Positions 16,147 through 20,000 of a DNA stretch of 20,000 bases are shown one piece after another. The notes beneath the pieces were generated by a model. That model had not been told where the DNA came from and did no database searches. It worked only from the letters and a program-made list of their open reading frames with translations. This stretch comes from an uncultured virus (IMG/VR IMGVR_UViG_3300040751_003707). Its lineage: Duplodnaviria; Heunggongvirae; Uroviricota; Caudoviricetes. Each line of letters starts with the position of its first letter. The first letter of the stretch is position 1. A program made the translations under genes and the position numbers. Where the stretch lies: the IMG/VR virus record IMGVR_UViG_3300040751_003707. The stretch is one strand, 5' to 3'.

Positions 16147-16415
16147 TAAAACGGTATACATGTATATATCAATCCTCTGATGTAGTTATTATGCACTATG
16201 TAGGTTATTATATTTGTAGTTATATATTGTTTGAACATAACGGGACTTCTACTGACATCTGAAAGAAGTATCCCTTACGCCCCCCGATGATGTCACTTTG
16301 ATAGGTGTTATTTATTTAATGACAACTCTCCTTCGGGGGGTTAATGTTTAAATAATATATAACTATAAATATAATAACCTACATAGTGTGTTAAAACTAT
16401 ATTATATTGATTTCT
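16145..16415 (+). ncRNA. candidate structured ncRNA or long 5' leader
   Basis: 48-bp stem 16191-16238/16344-16391 with 5 G-U pairs, outer extensions out to 16168/16411, a GC-rich multi-helix core and no ORF. Confidence 0.6.
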
Positions 16416-16538
16416 TTTAATTTTTATTTATTTATTTTATAGATTAAAGTTAAAAAAGATCAAAAAATGCATGAAAAAATATTAAAAAGAACTTTGTAGA
16501 ATACATACATAAATAACTTTACTAAAGAGGTGAAACCT

Positions 16539-16820
16539 ATGTCTGAATCAGAAAAACAAGAATGGCATTTATCTAAGTCAGTTCCGCTGACAATTATCTT
16601 TGGAGTCATTGTGCAAACCATTACGCTTGTATGGTTCTTTGCTGTACTCCGAAGTGATGTTGATGTAAACAGAGCTAATATCTTACGTCTTGATGCTCGA
16701 ACAGAACAGCTTGAGACTGCTGTACATACACAGTCATTGGCTATTGCAAGAATGGATGAGAATATTGCTTTCATCAGAGCTTCGATTGAACGTATGGAGA
16801 GGGTAAGATCAGGGAACTAG
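16539..16820 (+). CDS. single-TM coiled-coil protein, holin-like candidate
   Basis: SD GAGGTG before ATG 16539; TM VPLTIIFGVIVQTITLVWFFAV; near the endolysin. Function is inferred from context only. Confidence 0.6.
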   Translation: MSESEKQEWHLSKSVPLTIIFGVIVQTITLVWFFAVLRSDVDVNRANILRLDARTEQLETAVHTQSLAIARMDENIAFIRASIERMERVRSGN

Positions 16821-16883
16821 TAGTATTGTTTTTATGTATGTATTTATGTATTGATTGATTAACTTAATAAGGATGGTAGAACA

Positions 16884-17228
16884 ATGGAAGAAAAGGAAGA
16901 GAAGCCTAAAAGAAGAGGCCCCGGTGGAAAGACAAGAGGGGCAGGTCGCCCTAAAGGCTCAAGAAATGTACACAGTAAAGACTCTGTTAAAAAGCTAGAT
17001 GAACTAAAGTTTGATCCTATTGAAAAGATGGTTCATGAGTATAATGAAATTAACAGACTACTAGATGAAGGACAGATCAGAGTTGGTTCCGGTGCTCATG
17101 CTCAACTTATTGCTACCAAAGCCACTCTTATTAATAACCTAATGCAATATGGTTATAAGAAAGTACCTGATAAACAAACTATTGGTGATCCTGATCTGAA
17201 ACCTATTGCAATCAAACTAACAACTTAA
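16884..17228 (+). CDS. putative terminase small subunit
   Basis: Basic GRPKGSRN N-terminus and a helical body; lies upstream of terL. Confidence 0.55.
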   Translation: MEEKEEKPKRRGPGGKTRGAGRPKGSRNVHSKDSVKKLDELKFDPIEKMVHEYNEINRLLDEGQIRVGSGAHAQLIATKATLINNLMQYGYKKVPDKQTIGDPDLKPIAIKLTT

Positions 17229-17242
17229 TAAGGAGTCATGTC

Positions 17243-17527
17243 ATGGCAGAAAAAGACCCCCGATTGACTCGATTGGGCTTATCTAGTTATAATCAACCGA
17301 AGAGAACACCTAATCACCCAACTAAGTCACATGTTGTTGTTGCTAAAGTAGGAAGTACAATTAAGACTATCCGCTTTGGCTCACAGGGTGTTTCTGGTAG
17401 TCCAAAGAAAGAAGGTGAATCTGAGTCATATCGTAAGCGGAGAGAAGCTTGGAAAGCCAGACATGCAAAGAACATTGCAAGAGGCAAATTAAGTGCTGCT
17501 TATTGGGCTAATAAGGTTAAATGGTAA
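17243..17527 (+). CDS. basic phage protein (94 aa)
   Basis: SD AAGGAG; KTIRFGSQG...WKARH...SAAYWANKVKW. Confidence 0.8.
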   Translation: MAEKDPRLTRLGLSSYNQPKRTPNHPTKSHVVVAKVGSTIKTIRFGSQGVSGSPKKEGESESYRKRREAWKARHAKNIARGKLSAAYWANKVKW

Positions 17528-17533
17528 TTTATT

Positions 17534-17686
17534 ATGCCATTACGTAAAGGTTCATCCCGATCAATTGTTTCTTTCAATATCAGAAAACTTATTAATGAAG
17601 GTTATAATCAAAGGCAAGCTATAGCTATAGCATTATCTAATTCAAGAAAGAAAAGAAAAGCAACAACAAGAAAAAGAAGAAGATAG
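17534..17686 (+). CDS. small basic protein (50 aa), missed by ORF track
   Basis: MPLRKGSSRSIVSFNIRKLINEGYNQRQAIAIALSNSRKKRKATTRKRRR fills the gap before terL. Confidence 0.75.
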   Translation: MPLRKGSSRSIVSFNIRKLINEGYNQRQAIAIALSNSRKKRKATTRKRRR

Positions 17687-17692
17687 TATTAA

Positions 17693-18523
17693 ATGAGTAG
17701 AGAAATTGAATTACATAAAGGACAATCGGAGGTTATCAGAGATCTTTTTATTGATAAGAATTGTAGATATGCTGTTGTTAATGCCTCTCGTGGTTTTGGT
17801 AAATCTTACGCTGCTTCTGTAGCTGCTATGCTTGCTGTTCAAGAGTTAATGGAATTACCGGAAGATGTCCCAAATAAGAACGTAGCTGTTATTGCACCAA
17901 CCTACAGTCAGGCAGTGGATATTTACTATCCTTTGATTGCCTATCAGCTTGGTATGGAAGACTATGCAGAGAAAACATCTAAGAACGCAGGTACTTTCTG
18001 GTTCCCTAAAAACGTACAGTTAAAGATCTGGTCTTATGAAGCCTCTGCCCGTATGAGAGGGACAGGCCAGTACTTTGTTGTTGCTGATGAAGTTACCTCT
18101 TGGAAGGGCGCTGGTATGAACCTCAAAGAGTCTTGGGAGAGTATTATTCAACCTTGTGTCTCTACAAGATGGTCAAAAAAGAATGCTGACAAATTTGGTG
18201 CCAATCCGGGTAGAGGTCTTATTATTTCCACTCCCAATGGCTATGACTATTTCTACGAGCTGTACAATAGGCAGGAGCACGATAATGAGTGGCGATCATA
18301 CACCTATACCTACAGGGATTCCCCCTACCTAGACGAGGAAGAGATTGAGAGAGTGAAGCTGTCTGTGGATCCTCTTAAGTTTGCCAGAGAATACGAAGCC
18401 AGTTTTGAAGATTCAGGTAATAACGTATTCTATACCTTCGACAGAAAAGAACACATTGATGCTTCTCTCCCATACTTTGAAGATGAAGAAGAAGTACATG
18501 TGGCAATTGACTTCAATGTCGGT
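17693..18523 (+). CDS. terL: terminase large subunit, exon 1
   Basis: Walker A SRGFGKS, Walker B VVADE, ISTPNG and FAREYEASF; ends at nuclease motif VAIDFNVG. Confidence 0.92.
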
Positions 18524-19202
18524 AAAGTTTTAGCCGACTTTAAACTCCGTGAATTCAGAGAAACCCCTAACGTAAAGACGAGGGCAACCCTGAGCCAAGC
18601 CTATTTATATAGGAAGGTGCAACGACTATCCCTTGTGGAGTACACTCAAGTGAGTGGAAGCGCGGAGATACATTTAATAATGTATAAGATATAGTCTGGT
18701 CTTATAGGAAACTATAAGCAGTTGTTTTGTTATGTCACCCTGAAAAGGAGACCTGACATGAAAAAATGTTGTGTATGTAAAATAGAAAAACCCCTTTCTT
18801 CTTTTGGAAGTCATAAAGGAAGAAAAGACGGAAAACAAACTTATTGTAAAGATTGTTCTAAATCTGAACAAACCAAATGGTATTACAAAAGAAAATACAA
18901 TATAACCATAGAACAAAGAAACCATTTGTTAGAGAAACAAAATGGTAGATGTGCAATCTGTTATTCTTTAATAGACTTCCATGATGGTTGTAGAGGTAGC
19001 CGGACAGGCAATAGCGCCGTTATAGACCATTGCCATGGAAAAGGACACATAAGAGGTGTTCTTTGTGGGCATTGTAATACTGGATTAGGTGCATTTAAAG
19101 ATAATATAAACAATTTGAGTATAGCTATAGAATACTTAAATAATAATTAACTACATAACAAAACAACGATCAAGGATTAACGACCTTTGGTGAACATAAA
19201 CG
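18524..19202 (+). mobile_element. group I self-splicing intron (679 nt) in terL
   Basis: P1 GTCGGT/GCCGAC with U18523-G18533; P3 CTCCGT/GCGGAG; R element GCAACGACTA and S element AAGATATAGTC (P7); P9 CTTATAG-GAAA-CTATAAG; terminal G19202; splicing restores the frame. Confidence 0.93.
18758..19150 (+). CDS. intron-encoded homing endonuclease, T4 endonuclease VII-like
   Basis: SD AAGGAG; YNIT..QNGRCAIC..IDHCHGKGHIRGVLCGHCNTGLG. Confidence 0.9.
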   Translation: MKKCCVCKIEKPLSSFGSHKGRKDGKQTYCKDCSKSEQTKWYYKRKYNITIEQRNHLLEKQNGRCAICYSLIDFHDGCRGSRTGNSAVIDHCHGKGHIRGVLCGHCNTGLGAFKDNINNLSIAIEYLNNN

Positions 19203-19709
19203 ATTATGGCTTCTGTTATCTTTGCTATCAGAGGTAATCAAATCCATGTATTAGATGAAATGCAAGGTCATCCAGACACAGAAACGTTAGCAAATAGATT
19301 AAAAGAAAAGTTTAAGAGTAATCGGAGAATCATTTCTTACCCAGATCCAGCGGGTAAAGCAAGGAAAACATCTGCTGCAGTGGGTACAACCGACTTCTCT
19401 ATTTTACAATCAGCTGGAATTGTCACAAAGGCACACAGTAAAGCTCCACCAATCATTGATTCGGTTGCTGCTGTTAATAAGAAATTCAAGAATGCCAACG
19501 GTGATATTGATATCCTAGTTCATCCCAGATGTGTTAATACGATTAAATCTATTGAAAGAACACAATGGACTGAGTCTAATCCAGATACAGCTACTATCGA
19601 TAAGAAAGAAGGTATTGAACATTGGTCAGATGCTTTCCGTTATGCTGTTGAGTATCTGTATCCTATCAGAGCCGGTACTAAAGTAGCTACAAGAGGTTTC
19701 AACTTTTAA
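19203..19709 (+). CDS. terL: terminase large subunit, exon 2 (RNase H-like nuclease domain); spliced product 445 aa
   Basis: Junction reads DFNVG|IMASVIF; motifs YPDPAG and HWSDAFRY. Confidence 0.92.
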   Translation: MMASVIFAIRGNQIHVLDEMQGHPDTETLANRLKEKFKSNRRIISYPDPAGKARKTSAAVGTTDFSILQSAGIVTKAHSKAPPIIDSVAAVNKKFKNANGDIDILVHPRCVNTIKSIERTQWTESNPDTATIDKKEGIEHWSDAFRYAVEYLYPIRAGTKVATRGFNF

Positions 19710-19725
19710 TTATAAGGAGATTATT

Positions 19726-19845
19726 ATGGCTACTAAATTAGCTGGTAAAGTTATTTCAAGTAAAGACAGATTAAGTGCGGAAGAGTTAAAGAAAGCTAAA
19801 GATAAGCTTATTAAAGAACAAAACGAAAATAGAAATAAAAAATAA
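19726..19845 (+). CDS. small hypothetical protein (39 aa)
   Basis: SD AAGGAG; MATKLAGKVISSKDRLSAEELKKAKDKLIKEQNENRNKK. Confidence 0.6.
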   Translation: MATKLAGKVISSKDRLSAEELKKAKDKLIKEQNENRNKK

Positions 19846-19889
19846 CCTTCTAGTTTGTCACCCGAGGGTCACAAAGAAAGGAAACTAAA

Positions 19890-20000
19890 ATGGCACGATC
19901 AAGAATTAACTCCAGCTCTAAAGATCTTATTGATGATAATGGGGCTGTTCTTGTGTCTATTGTTGAGGGGGAACAAATTCAGTTAGATATTACTCTTAAT
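19890..20000 (+). CDS. hypothetical protein, runs off window
   Basis: SD AAGGA; MARSRINSSSKDLIDDNGAVLVSIVEGEQIQLDITLN is open to the window end. Confidence 0.65.
   Translation, partial: MARSRINSSSKDLIDDNGAVLVSIVEGEQIQLDITLN

Noticed and set aside
16251..16295. Hammerhead ribozyme in the ncRNA core (CCGATGA and GAAA)
   Set aside because: CUGANGA is not intact, and GAAA is not positioned directly after a stem II partner, so the core cannot be assembled.
16191..16391. MITE or IS element with terminal inverted repeats
   Set aside because: No target-site duplication is evident and there is no transposase in the window. All arm differences are + strand G-U wobbles, which favours an RNA structure.
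18524..18694. terL ORF extension, or a split pseudogene
   Set aside because: This is read-through into the group I intron core; splicing restores a continuous terminase.
539..18925. Minus-strand and nested alternative-frame ORFs in the track
   Set aside because: They are shadows of well-supported + strand genes and show no recognisable motifs.

Overview
AT-rich window from a lytic tailed dsDNA bacteriophage. All convincing genes are on the + strand, and a DUF1127 gene, a B12-dependent RNR and the tRNA set suggest an alphaproteobacterial host (inference). From left to right the window holds: (1) a replication and nucleotide module (MazG-like pyrophosphatase, 5'-3' exonuclease, GIY-YIG-like nuclease, T7-type primase-helicase, class II RNR, deaminase, glutaredoxin); (2) an HNH gene and three tRNA or tRNA-like genes; (3) an accessory region with an Rnl2-like RNA ligase and three tandem paralogs; (4) a GH108 endolysin, a holin-like gene and a terminase small subunit candidate; (5) a large terminase split by a 679-nt group I intron encoding an EndoVII-type homing endonuclease. 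The most striking signals are non-coding. A conserved promoter with T7-like spacing (AAAYA-CTTCCGA-CTAAW-G) occurs three times. One copy would drive a ~270-nt structured RNA (48-bp G-U-containing stem, GC-rich core with a possible kissing loop) upstream of the packaging genes. There is also a 44-bp G-U-rich hairpin with a U15 tail before the endolysin, a D-arm-less tRNA-like RNA with a UCU anticodon, and an H-type pseudoknot before the HNH ribosome-binding site. All family assignments are from motif recognition by eye, not database searches.
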